DNA of 64,000 nt, from contig OZ253462.1 of the NCBI GenBank assembly GCA_965261395.1, forward strand, positions 864,001-928,000. Direction: 5' to 3'. The notes beneath the pieces were generated by a model, which was not told the DNA's origin, did not search any database, and saw nothing but the letters and a program-made list of their open reading frames with translations. This document shows positions 10,137 to 19,876 of the stretch, in pieces. The stretch comes from Candidatus Latescibacterota bacterium. Its GTDB lineage: Bacteria; Latescibacterota; UBA2968; UBA8231. Numbering within the stretch: position 1 is the first letter of the stretch; every line of letters starts with the position of its first letter. Both the position numbers and the translations under genes were made by a program.

Positions 10137-12179
10137 TCAGACGACAAAAAGCGGTGCCAGGACAAGAGATATCACCGACATCAGCTTGATGAGTATGTTT
10201 AGCGACGGCCCCGAAGTGTCCTTGAATGGGTCGCCGACCGTATCGCCGACGACAGCGGCTTTGTGGGGGTCAGAGCCCTTGCCCCCCAAATTGCCCTCTT
10301 CGATCCACTTTTTGGCGTTGTCCCAAGCTCCACCGCTATTGGCCATCATCAGCGCCAACAGGACGCCGCTGACCGTCGCCCCGGCGAGCATGCCGCCCAA
10401 GGCGATGGGGCCGAGACCGAAACCGACCGCGACCGGAGCCAACACCGCCAACAGGCCCGGTAGAATCATTTCGCGTAGGGCCGCGGTCGTGCTGATCTCC
10501 ACGCAACGCCGGGTATCGGGTTTGGCCTTGCCTTCCATCAGGCCCTCGATCTCGCGGAACTGACGCCGGACTTCCTCGACCATCTTGAAGGCGGCCTTGC
10601 CGACTGAGGTCATGGTAATGGAGGCAGCTAGGTAGGGAATCATCGCGCCGATAAAGAGCCCGCCGACGACAACCGGCGTAGTCACGTCAATGACGATCGG
10701 CTTACCGGTTGCGGTCTCAATAGCGGAGGAATAGGCCGAAAAAAGCGCCAATGCGGTCAACGCCGCCGAACCAATGGCAAACCCCTTGCCCATGGCGGCA
10801 GTCGTATTGCCGAGTGCATCGAGGCCATCGGTGATCTTGCGAGTCTCTTCGCCCAAGCCCGCCATTTCGGTAATGCCGCCGGCGTTGTCAGCTATGGGAC
10901 CATAGGCATCGACCGACATGGTGATGCCCACTGTGGCCAGCATGCCGACGGCGGCGATGCCAATCCCAAAAAGCCCGGCAAAGTGGAAGGCCAAGCCAAT
11001 GGCGACGACGATTCCCAAGGTCGGCAGGACGACGCTCTCCATGCCTATGGCCAGACCGGAAATAATATTGGTAGCCACGCCGGTCTTGGAGGCTTCAGCA
11101 ATGGTGCGGATGGGTTTGCCGCCGGTGTAGTACTCGGTAAAAAGGCCTATCGCGATCCCGGCTAAGCAGCCCGCGCACAGTGCCCACACCGGCTGATTGG
11201 ATAAGCCGATTGTCCCGGCGACCCACCAAGCACCCAAAATCATTAGTGCGGCGGCAGCCCAAGTCGAGTAGCGCAATGCGGCACCGGGGTCAAAATTCTG
11301 TAGTATCCGCACCATTAACACGCCCAAAAGCGACGCGGCCATACCGATCATAATGACGATCAGCGGGAAGCTCATCGCCGCAAGTTTCGCCTGAGTCGGA
11401 TCGGAGATGCCGGGGGCGAGAGTGGCCAGCAGTGACGCGGTGGCGGTGGCGGCGATGGCAATGGTGGCGATGACCGATCCGACATATGATTCAAAGATGT
11501 CGGCACCCATACCGGCGACATCGCCGACGTTATCGCCGACATTATCGGCGATAACGGCCGGATTGCGGGGATCGTCCTCGGGAATTCCCGCCTCCACTTT
11601 GCCCACTAAATCGGCACCCACATCGGCGGTCTTGGTGAAGATGCCACCGCCAACGCGCGCGAAAAGAGCAATCGAAGAGGCCCCCATAGCGAAGCCATTG
11701 ATCGCGGATGCTTGGCTTATATCGTCCCAGATACCAAAGGCACTCGCCAGCGCCCCGACGCCGAAAAGCCCCAAGCCGGCGACCGCGAGCCCCATCACGG
11801 CGCCGCCCGAAAAGGCAATATTCAACGCGGGCCCTTGGCCGTGCTGATTAGCGGCTTGGGCGGTGCGCACATTGGCGTGACAGGCTGCCTTCATGCCAGT
11901 ATAGCCGGCCAAAATGGAGCAAACGGCTCCCGACAAAAAAGCGTACGCGGTATGGGAGCCGACGAAGGCAAAAAGGAGGACAAAGACGATGACGATAAAC
12001 CCGGCGAGGATGGTGTACTCGCGCTTGAGAAAGGTCATGGCTCCCTCGTGGATAGCCTCTGAGATTTCCACCATCTCTGGAGTGCCAGCCGGATACTTCT
12101 TGATGTAAAAATATAGCAAGAGCGAGCAAAGCAACCCGCCCAGACCCACGAATGGCGCTGCGCTAGTCCAGATTTCCAT
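10137..12179 (-). CDS. hppA: Membrane-bound pyrophosphatase, K+-dependent type (probably Na+-translocating)
   Basis: [30 protein letters not shown]; GNTTAA (Ala, not Lys) marks the K+-dependent class. Confidence 0.95.
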   Translation of the reverse strand: MEIWTSAAPFVGLGGLLCSLLLYFYIKKYPAGTPEMVEISEAIHEGAMTFLKREYTILAGFIVIVFVLLFAFVGSHTAYAFLSGAVCSILAGYTGMKAACHANVRTAQAANQHGQGPALNIAFSGGAVMGLAVAGLGLFGVGALASAFGIWDDISQASAINGFAMGASSIALFARVGGGIFTKTADVGADLVGKVEAGIPEDDPRNPAVIADNVGDNVGDVAGMGADIFESYVGSVIATIAIAATATASLLATLAPGISDPTQAKLAAMSFPLIVIMIGMAASLLGVLMVRILQNFDPGAALRYSTWAAAALMILGAWWVAGTIGLSNQPVWALCAGCLAGIAIGLFTEYYTGGKPIRTIAEASKTGVATNIISGLAIGMESVVLPTLGIVVAIGLAFHFAGLFGIGIAAVGMLATVGITMSVDAYGPIADNAGGITEMAGLGEETRKITDGLDALGNTTAAMGKGFAIGSAALTALALFSAYSSAIETATGKPIVIDVTTPVVVGGLFIGAMIPYLAASITMTSVGKAAFKMVEEVRRQFREIEGLMEGKAKPDTRRCVEISTTAALREMILPGLLAVLAPVAVGFGLGPIALGGMLAGATVSGVLLALMMANSGGAWDNAKKWIEEGNLGGKGSDPHKAAVVGDTVGDPFKDTSGPSLNILIKLMSVISLVLAPLFVV

Positions 12180-12214
12180 ATGCGTTTGTATCCCTCCCTT
12201 GGCTACTTTGCTTT

Positions 12215-12772
12215 TTAACCGTTGAACCCGTTCATGGCCGCCTCGATGCCTTCGGCGTAGTACACTTCGAGCGCCGCATTTCCGCGCTCAATCAAGTTTT
12301 CTACCTCGTCTGCAGGGGAAAACGGCTCCAAGACGTAGTCAATGACGCCTGCGCCTGCAGATGGGATGCCGATCCCTAGGCGCAGGCGCGGTATAGCCTC
12401 CGTGTTGAGCGCTTCGAGTACCGAAGCCAAACCGTTGTGCCCGCCATCACTCCCTCCACGGCGAAAGCGCAAGCGTCCGAAGTCGAGGAGGAAGTCGTCG
12501 AAGATGACCAAGACGTCTTCGGGAAGCACCTCCCATTGGGCGCAAAGGGCCGCGGCGGTCCGGCCGCTGCGATTCATATAGGTCTGGGGCTTGGCCAAGA
12601 GCACTTCCTGGCCGCCCAGTACTACTCGGACAACTTGGCCCTGCACATCCGCTTGATGCTGCCAGTCAACACCACAGCGGGCCGCTAGGTGATCTACCAC
12701 CATAAAGCCTATGTTGTGCCGCGTTGACGCGTAGCGCACACCGGGATTACCCAAACCCAAGGCTACTTGCAA
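12215..12772 (-). CDS. pth: Peptidyl-tRNA hydrolase
   Basis: GLGNPG, TRHNIGF, KPQTYMN, GGHNGL. Confidence 0.96.
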   Translation of the reverse strand: MQVALGLGNPGVRYASTRHNIGFMVVDHLAARCGVDWQHQADVQGQVVRVVLGGQEVLLAKPQTYMNRSGRTAAALCAQWEVLPEDVLVIFDDFLLDFGRLRFRRGGSDGGHNGLASVLEALNTEAIPRLRLGIGIPSAGAGVIDYVLEPFSPADEVENLIERGNAALEVYYAEGIEAAMNGFNG

Positions 12773-12774
12773 AC

Positions 12775-13467
12775 CTACTCTTCGCCACCCTCTTCGCCTT
12801 CGGCGGCACCTTCTTCGCCCTCCTCGCCCTCCTCAGCCTCTTCACCCTCCTCAGCCTCTTCGTCCTCAGTGATCAAGCGCGGTGCCAGCACATTGACAAT
12901 CGTGCGCACCGGCTCGCTGGTGATACGCGGCTCTTGTTCGAGGAGGTCGCTCACATGCAAGCTATCGCCGATGATCAGCGAAGAGATATCGATCTCGATA
13001 GAGGAGGGCATTTCGGAGACAACGCATTCCATTTCGAGCGCGGTTAGTGTCTGCTGCAATGACCCGCCCTCAGTGTGCACCCCTTCGGGGACGCCGATAG
13101 TCACCAGTGGCACATTGGCACGCAGCGTCTCGCTCGGATTGATGCGCAAGAGGTCTAAGTGCAGCACATCGCCGCGGACCTTGTGGTATTGGATGTCGCG
13201 AATCAGGGCCTGCTCAGAAGTTCTATCGGACTCTTCGTGCTCAACCAAGATGATCGCGTTTTGCCCGCCCTTGCTCAGGATGAGCTCCAAGCTATGGGCA
13301 TCCGTCTTAAAGGACTCAGCGGGCTGATTATGGCCGTAGATCACCCCGGGCAACTGGCCCCGTAGGCGACGCATTTGGCCCACGGGGCCCTTGCCCTGCT
13401 CTGGGCGGGACTGGACTTTGAGCGCGACCTGTTCGCGCGCTTGGATCTGTAGTGGAACTTGTGGCAT
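12775..13467 (-). CDS. rplY: 50S ribosomal protein L25/Ctc
   Basis: PGVIYG, IQYH..HLDL, Ctc beta domain and acidic tail. Confidence 0.93.
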   Translation of the reverse strand: MPQVPLQIQAREQVALKVQSRPEQGKGPVGQMRRLRGQLPGVIYGHNQPAESFKTDAHSLELILSKGGQNAIILVEHEESDRTSEQALIRDIQYHKVRGDVLHLDLLRINPSETLRANVPLVTIGVPEGVHTEGGSLQQTLTALEMECVVSEMPSSIEIDISSLIIGDSLHVSDLLEQEPRITSEPVRTIVNVLAPRLITEDEEAEEGEEAEEGEEGEEGAAEGEEGGEE

Positions 13468-13511
13468 CGGAACATCTCCTCAAAAAACTCGGTCAAATAT
13501 CAATGGCATAA

Positions 13512-13586
13512 TGGCAGCCCGGCGAGGACTCGAACCTCGATAAACGGAACCAAAATCCGTTGTCCTACCAATTGAACGACCGGGCT
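13512..13586 (-). tRNA. tRNA-Gln (UUG)
   Basis: AGCCCGG/CCGGGCT acceptor stem, ACGGA-TTTTGGT-TCCGT anticodon arm, T-arm, GCCA end. Confidence 0.95.
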
Positions 13587-14475
13587 ACCTATCTCTATGC
13601 CTCGCACTAAGTTGAGCTGAGACCGGCTGACATAAAAAAGACCGGCAACCTTGCCTTTGCAGTGCGCTCTGCGCCTGAGAGGCGGTCTTCCGGTCGTCGA
13701 AGATACCGTAAACAGTGGAGCCGCTGCCCGACATGGACGTGACGCGAGCACCAACTCGGTCCAGTTGAGAACAAAGCTCTGCGACGATGGGATAGGTGCG
13801 ATCTACCGCGGTCGTGAAGTCGTTCTCCAGCACTTCAAATAACCTGTCGTGGTCAACGCACCCGCCGCTCAGGGAAGCAATAAAGTTAAAATAGGGAGTA
13901 TTTTCTGTCAAGATGGAGCCGAGTTGGCCATATGCCCATGCCGTGCTGATCTCGACATCGGGGTATGCCAATACGTAAAAAACCGCGCCCTCCCAACTCA
14001 GCTTTTCGAGTATCTCGCCTCGGCCTCTCAGTAGAGCGGTGCCGCCTTCCACTAGAAAGGGAATGTCCGAGCCAAGGGTAGCGGCGATCTGGCGGAGATC
14101 TGCGTTCGAGAATGGCTGGTCATAGAAGCGATTGAGTACTCGCAGGGCCGCTGCCGCGTCGGCACTGCCCCCGCCTAGACCCGCACCTATGGGTATGTTC
14201 TTTTCTAGGTGGATGTGGAACGACTGGGCCGGGCGGTCGAGCCGAGTGCGAAAGGCATCAACTGCGCGGCACACCAAATTGTCCTGCCCCGTCGATAGAC
14301 TATCGAGGCTACAGGTCAACTGGTCGGAGGAAGCTGGTTCAAAATACAAGACATCCGCTAAATCCACGCATTGGGCCACGCTGAGGATCTCGTGGTAGCC
14401 ATCGGGGCGGCGGCTGAGAACCTTAAGTCCTAAATTTATTTTTGCATATGCTTTTTCGACTAGCAGATCCTCCAT
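13585..14475 (-). CDS. ispE: 4-diphosphocytidyl-2-C-methyl-D-erythritol kinase
   Basis: AKINLGL, GYHE, PIGAGLGGGSADAA, MSGSGS. Confidence 0.96.
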   Translation of the reverse strand: MEDLLVEKAYAKINLGLKVLSRRPDGYHEILSVAQCVDLADVLYFEPASSDQLTCSLDSLSTGQDNLVCRAVDAFRTRLDRPAQSFHIHLEKNIPIGAGLGGGSADAAAALRVLNRFYDQPFSNADLRQIAATLGSDIPFLVEGGTALLRGRGEILEKLSWEGAVFYVLAYPDVEISTAWAYGQLGSILTENTPYFNFIASLSGGCVDHDRLFEVLENDFTTAVDRTYPIVAELCSQLDRVGARVTSMSGSGSTVYGIFDDRKTASQAQSALQRQGCRSFLCQPVSAQLSARHRDR

Positions 14476-14544
14476 CGCTACATACCTTGACCGCATTTCA
14501 CTATACAATATTATATATTAATCAAATGTCAGATTGGCATACTC

Positions 14545-17500
14545 TTGAGAATGGATATGTTCCCCAAATTGATATTAGTGCTTCTCCTCTGCCTAAGCAC
14601 CCAGAGCTGGGCGCAAACAAGCGCAGATGACGACTTTAAACTGGCCCGCAATCTCTTCCGGGACGCCGGCGACTATGCCACGGCCGCCGCGTTATTCGCC
14701 GAGTTTATTCACAACTATCCCGATTATCCGCAACTGGCCGAGGCCCGCTTGATGCTAGCGCGTGCGTACCGCCAGAGCGGCCGTTGCGACCTAGCGGCAC
14801 CTGCCTACGAGACGTTTTGTCTCGAACATCCCGATCACTTGAGTACCGCCGACGCACAGCGCGAGCGAGCGGCCTGTTTGGCTGAACAAGGTGAATACTT
14901 GCTGGCTGCTCGGTCATACGAAGAGGTGCAGCGTCGTTTCAGTGCCAGCAAATTCGCCGCCAGTGCCCTGATTGACGCAGCAGTCAATTATACCCGCGCT
15001 GAAAATTTGCGGCAAGCCGAAGCGGCTTATGGACGTCTGCTGACCGACTACGCGACTTCTGCCCAAGTGCATTTAGCTCGCTATCGGATGGCCCAGTTGC
15101 GGTTTGCCGCTGGTCGGGCCGAAGAAGCTCAACAGCTACTCGAGCAAATCGCCGCCACGGCACCGCCGCCGCCTGAGGCCCCTAGCGCCCTGCTCCTTGG
15201 AGGGCGCATCGCGCTCTTTATGGGCAACAGGGAAACCGCTGAGAAGCAATTCAAATCGCTGGAGCGGCGCTTTCCCGCGGCGGCGCAGACCGACAGCGCC
15301 TATCTAGATCGCGCAGAATATCTCTACAGATCGCGCCTCTTTAGCCAAGCCGGGGACGCCTATCAGCGGGCCTATAAAAAAATTGACGACCGCTCCCTCA
15401 AAGAACACGCGCTCCTAGGGCTAGCCGATGCCCGCCGCCAGAGTCATCAGACGGATAAAGCCATCGCCCATTACAACGAGGTAAGCGCCGCGCTCCAACC
15501 CGACCACCCCGCTTACCTCAAGGCGCAGCTAGGCCGAGCCATCGCGCTAGGCCAAGCTGGACAATTCGCCCTCGCAGTAGGTCTGTTTCAAGGATTGATC
15601 CAGACCGGTGACAGCCCCGAAGCCACCAGTGCTCTGAGGGAACTGGGCGTCCTCTACAAGCGGCGCGGCGACCACAGCCGAGCGATAACTTGGTATCGCC
15701 GCTACCTACAGGAAGCCGATGCGGCCGCCGACGCCGTGCGCTTTGAGCTCGCCGAACTCTATGCCTCAACCGGCTACTACGAAGAAGCCATCGCTCTCTA
15801 TCGCCGGCTCGCTGCGGGCCAAGGCGAGGTAGCAACCAGAGCGCAATTCGCCCTCGCCCAAACCTTTGAGCAAAGTGGACAGCCGAGTACGGCGTTGCGC
15901 GAATATGTGGCCTTTCTCGAACTCTTCCCCGCCGACCGCCAGAGCGAGGAGGTGCGCCAGCGAATCGAATATCTGCGCGAGTTCTCCGTCTTGGACCCGG
16001 CCGGCCTCAACTGGGCCTTACAAAAAGCCTGGATCGACGAGTTAAGCGGCAAGTCGCGCCGGCTAGTGCAGCTAGATGTCGCCCGGGTGCTATTCTCGCA
16101 CCACGATTTTGTAGCTGCCGCCCAATCTTTCAAACACTACGCCTCGGCCTATCCAGGCGACCACAATAACAACGAGGCACAGTACTTTCTGGCCGAAAGC
16201 CTGCTCCGGCTCGCCCGCCAACGCCAGCTAGAGGCGCAGCCTGCCAGCGCGGACTCGCTGCGGGCTCTAGCCCTACGGGAATACCGCGTTCTTGTCGAGC
16301 AAGCCCCCACTGACAGTACTATGCTCGCCGAGCAAGCCCCCACTGACAGTACTATGCTCGCCGAGCAAGCCCCCACTGACAGCACTTGGGCCCGGCGTGC
16401 ACGACTGCGCCTCATTAAAATCGAAGCCGAGGACAGCCCCGATTCGCTGCGGTTATCCACTCTCGAAGCGGGGGTTGCCGCTTTTGTCGCCGAGTTTTCC
16501 GAGCTCCGAGGGACTGACCTAGACCAAGCCCTTTTGCAGCTAGGCGATGCCCGCCGCCAGCTCGGGGCGGCCGATAGCACTTGGCTCGACGGGGCCATTG
16601 CGGCCTACGACCAGCTCCGCCGGCTCTCTTCTGACAATCCACTCGTACCCCACGCTCTGTACGGCAAGAGTCTTTGCCTAGTACAAAAAGGCCAACACAA
16701 GGCAGCAGCCGACTTGCTCGATCACGTTTTGCAAGACTATCCCGATAGTCCGCTGACGGCACCGGTGCTCTTTGAGATGGGCCATATCCGCTTGGCGCAG
16801 GAGCGGCCCCAAGAAGCTATCGCCCGACTGCAAGAGCTGCGCTGGGGCTACCCGGCCTTTTCCCAGCGCCGCGCCGCGCAGAAACTGTTGGGCGACACCT
16901 ATTTTCAGCTCGGTCAATACGCCGCCGCCATCGAGTTGTACCAGCCGCTGGCCTCCAGTTCGACGATTACCGATGACAGAGGGCCGATCCTCCGACGAAT
17001 GGGCCGTGCGTACCATCATCTCAACCGTTATGGCGAGGCCATGGCGACCTATCGGCAAATACTCGCCGAAGAGCCAAACCCGGCTGGGCTAGACAGCATT
17101 TACTTCTCCCAAGCGATACTGCAATTGGGGCTAGGGCAAGAAGACGAGGCATCTCGGCTCTTCCAAAAGGTAGGCCGAGAGTTTGCATCAGGGGGATTGG
17201 CGGCCGAAGCCTCGGCGCGGGCCGGTCACATCGCCTTTGCCCGACAGCAATACAAAAAAGCCTACCAACTCTATCAGCCGCTGCTGGAGCAGAGCGAGGA
17301 TATCTTGATCCACGGACAAGCCGTCCTCTCCCTGTTCCGAGTCAAGCGCCTAGAGGAGGGGCGCAAAGCAGCCAAGCGCTTTGCCAAGCGCTTCAAGGAG
17401 GAGACGGAATGGCACCAACTCTTCCGGGTTGAGGAAGGGAAATACTATTTGCAGGCTGGCAACTACAAGAAGGCGTACGAGCTGTTTCAAGCGGTGGAAA

Positions 17501-18279
17501 AACAAGGAGGTACGTGGGCCGACGACGGGGCTTATTGGATGGCCGTGACCCTGTGGAAGCGAAACAAGGTGACGCCTAGCGAGGAAGGGGCGGCGTATGC
17601 TTTGGAGGCCATATCGCGCTTTGTACGGGAATATCCGACGAGTCCCCATGTAGCCGATGCCTACTTGCGCCTAGGCGGCTACCACTTTTCGCTGCACAAC
17701 TTCCTGCAAGCGGCAGGGGCCTACAAACACGTCTTGGATGCGCCAGAAGTCAGTCGCGAACAGGCCCAAGATGCGCTTTGGAACCTCCTCAAGAGCTACC
17801 AAAGCGCCCACGAGTACGAGGCCGCTCATCAAGTAGCTAATCAGCTACTGAGTCAGTTCCCCGAGCACCCCAAAGCCGTTGATGTCCAACTAGAACTGGG
17901 TGTCATCCTCAAGAATAAGGGCCAATACGCCCAAGCCGTTGAACAGCTAGACGACCTGCTCTCTCAACAGCTACTCGATGGCAATAGTGCTTCCGAAGCC
18001 CGGTTTTACATCGGCGAATCCTATCAGAACATGGGCGAGTACCGCAAAGCTATCCAAGCCTATTACAAAGTCAGCTACCACGGCGCCGAGGGACTCAGCA
18101 TGTGGATCACCTCGGCGGATTTCCAGCGCGCCCGCTGCCATGAATCGCTGGGCGAACACGCTACGGCCATGACCATCTACGAGCGCATCGCACGTCGCGA
18201 AGGGGGCCAGAGTCCACAGGGAGCGCTAGCCCGCGAGCGGATCGAGACCCTGCGCCGCAAGCTGGAAACCCTCAACTGA
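14545..18279 (+). CDS. Large exported tetratricopeptide-repeat protein
   Basis: Signal peptide (..SWA-Q) and TPR periodicity throughout (A..Y......YP.S.....A...LG). True start may be ATG 14551 or 14557. Confidence 0.88.
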   Translation: MRMDMFPKLILVLLLCLSTQSWAQTSADDDFKLARNLFRDAGDYATAAALFAEFIHNYPDYPQLAEARLMLARAYRQSGRCDLAAPAYETFCLEHPDHLSTADAQRERAACLAEQGEYLLAARSYEEVQRRFSASKFAASALIDAAVNYTRAENLRQAEAAYGRLLTDYATSAQVHLARYRMAQLRFAAGRAEEAQQLLEQIAATAPPPPEAPSALLLGGRIALFMGNRETAEKQFKSLERRFPAAAQTDSAYLDRAEYLYRSRLFSQAGDAYQRAYKKIDDRSLKEHALLGLADARRQSHQTDKAIAHYNEVSAALQPDHPAYLKAQLGRAIALGQAGQFALAVGLFQGLIQTGDSPEATSALRELGVLYKRRGDHSRAITWYRRYLQEADAAADAVRFELAELYASTGYYEEAIALYRRLAAGQGEVATRAQFALAQTFEQSGQPSTALREYVAFLELFPADRQSEEVRQRIEYLREFSVLDPAGLNWALQKAWIDELSGKSRRLVQLDVARVLFSHHDFVAAAQSFKHYASAYPGDHNNNEAQYFLAESLLRLARQRQLEAQPASADSLRALALREYRVLVEQAPTDSTMLAEQAPTDSTMLAEQAPTDSTWARRARLRLIKIEAEDSPDSLRLSTLEAGVAAFVAEFSELRGTDLDQALLQLGDARRQLGAADSTWLDGAIAAYDQLRRLSSDNPLVPHALYGKSLCLVQKGQHKAAADLLDHVLQDYPDSPLTAPVLFEMGHIRLAQERPQEAIARLQELRWGYPAFSQRRAAQKLLGDTYFQLGQYAAAIELYQPLASSSTITDDRGPILRRMGRAYHHLNRYGEAMATYRQILAEEPNPAGLDSIYFSQAILQLGLGQEDEASRLFQKVGREFASGGLAAEASARAGHIAFARQQYKKAYQLYQPLLEQSEDILIHGQAVLSLFRVKRLEEGRKAAKRFAKRFKEETEWHQLFRVEEGKYYLQAGNYKKAYELFQAVEKQGGTWADDGAYWMAVTLWKRNKVTPSEEGAAYALEAISRFVREYPTSPHVADAYLRLGGYHFSLHNFLQAAGAYKHVLDAPEVSREQAQDALWNLLKSYQSAHEYEAAHQVANQLLSQFPEHPKAVDVQLELGVILKNKGQYAQAVEQLDDLLSQQLLDGNSASEARFYIGESYQNMGEYRKAIQAYYKVSYHGAEGLSMWITSADFQRARCHESLGEHATAMTIYERIARREGGQSPQGALARERIETLRRKLETLN
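16296..16386 (+). repeat. 33-bp in-frame tandem repeat, ~2.75 copies (EQAPTDSTMLA)
   Basis: Unit CGAGCAAGCCCCCACTGACAGTACTATGCTCGC at 16296 and 16329, partial copy at 16362. Confidence 0.95.
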
Positions 18280-18301
18280 GGCGACGCTAGCAGAGCGTTC
18301 C

Positions 18302-19876
18302 ATGGCCCCGACTCAACGTCACATTCTGCTCCTGACCCAGCGAGCAGAGCTGGAAGCGGAGTTCAAGTCCGCGATCCATAACGCGCGGCTACGTGTACTC
18401 AACGCGGCTAGCGGCGATGTGCTTGGGCCGCTGCGGCGGCGCGGAATAGATCTAGTCGCCTTTGATTTGGAACTTCCGCCCTCCGTCTTAGCAGAGGGCG
18501 TAGCCGCACTCGACCAGCACCGCGATGTACCCGTGTTAGGCTTGGGCAACGCCGATGAGAACTGGGATCGACTTTTGTGGGGCTCGCCTCTCAAAGACCA
18601 AGTCGCCGTGCCCTTTGAGGCCGAAGTCTTGCGCCAACATCTGGACCAGCTACTAGAGCGAGGCGACTTTTTGCAAGGGGTCGAGCTGGTGGGTCAGTCG
18701 CCCTTAATGCGCCAATTGCGCGAACGCATCTTAATCGTGGCACCGACGCCGGTTTCCTCTATCCTTCTGACGGGCGAAAGCGGCACCGGCAAGGACCTAG
18801 TCGCCGAAGCGCTACATCGCTACAGTAGCCGGTGCGAACATCCTTTCCGCCCGCTCAACTGCGGTGCCATTCCGGAGAATCTGCTGGAAAACGAACTCTT
18901 CGGGCACGAGAAAGGGGCCTTCACCGACGCCCGCGCCCAATACCAAGGCATCTTTGAACAAGCGAACCGCGGAACGGTCTTCCTAGACGAAATCGGCGAG
19001 ATGTCGCTGGCGGCGCAAGTGCGCCTCTTGCGGGTCCTCGAACAGCGCGAGGTTGCCCGCATCGGCGGCAGCGCGCCTATCTCGGTGGATATTCGCGTCA
19101 TTGCCGCGACCAACCGCGACCTACAAAAGGCGATTGACCAGCGCGAGTTCCGCCTCGACCTCTACCACCGGCTCAAGGTCGTCGAACTCGACATCCCCCC
19201 GCTACGCCGCCGGGCCGAAGACATTCCCCTCTTGATCGAGCACTTCACCGGCGAGTTTACCCAGGGGAACAAGAGCCGCCTAGAGGGGTTCTCGTCCGCG
19301 GCGATTGACCTTTTGCAAAGCTATGCCTGGCCTGGCAATGTGCGCGAGTTGCGCAACCTAATCGAGCACTTGGTCTTCCTCGCTCCGCGTGCCCTCGTCG
19401 AACCCGAAGACCTATTCCTCCACCTCGGGATTCAGCCCACGCGCCATTTACCAGTACCAACCAACAAGACGCCGGATCAATCCGAGCGCGAGTTGATCTA
19501 CTTTGCTCTATTGGATCTCAAGCGCGAGGTCGCCGAGCTAAGGGCCTCGGTCGAGCGCAATGCCCCCATGATGCCCTCCCCTACGCCTCCCGTAGCACCA
19601 GCGGTCGTTCAGCCGGTCGCGCGAGAGGAATCAAGTCAACCAATCTACCCGGTTGAGGACGCCCCATATAATCCCTCAGACCTCCAGAGGCCCGCGGCAA
19701 TACGCATCTCCGAAAACGCAGCTATTGAGCCTTTGCGCACACTCAAAGACAGGGAGCGGGAAGCCATCGAACAGGCACTCGGCCGCGTCGGCGGCAATCG
19801 CCGGAAGGCAGCGGCAATCCTCGGCATCAGCGCCCGCACTCTCTACCGGAAGTTGAAGGAATACGACCTCGAATGA
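18302..19876 (+). CDS. Sigma54-interacting Fis-family transcriptional regulator with degenerate receiver domain
   Basis: GESGTGKD, GAFTDA, FLDEIGE, WPGNVREL, C-terminal Fis HTH. Confidence 0.93.
   Translation: MAPTQRHILLLTQRAELEAEFKSAIHNARLRVLNAASGDVLGPLRRRGIDLVAFDLELPPSVLAEGVAALDQHRDVPVLGLGNADENWDRLLWGSPLKDQVAVPFEAEVLRQHLDQLLERGDFLQGVELVGQSPLMRQLRERILIVAPTPVSSILLTGESGTGKDLVAEALHRYSSRCEHPFRPLNCGAIPENLLENELFGHEKGAFTDARAQYQGIFEQANRGTVFLDEIGEMSLAAQVRLLRVLEQREVARIGGSAPISVDIRVIAATNRDLQKAIDQREFRLDLYHRLKVVELDIPPLRRRAEDIPLLIEHFTGEFTQGNKSRLEGFSSAAIDLLQSYAWPGNVRELRNLIEHLVFLAPRALVEPEDLFLHLGIQPTRHLPVPTNKTPDQSERELIYFALLDLKREVAELRASVERNAPMMPSPTPPVAPAVVQPVAREESSQPIYPVEDAPYNPSDLQRPAAIRISENAAIEPLRTLKDREREAIEQALGRVGGNRRKAAAILGISARTLYRKLKEYDLE

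Noticed and set aside
12775-12870. Low-complexity CTCTTCGCC/CTCCTCAGC repeats
   Set aside because: They encode the ordinary Glu/Gly-rich tail of L25/Ctc.
16296-16386. CRISPR array
   Set aside because: The repeats are contiguous with no spacers and lie in frame inside a CDS; no cas genes.
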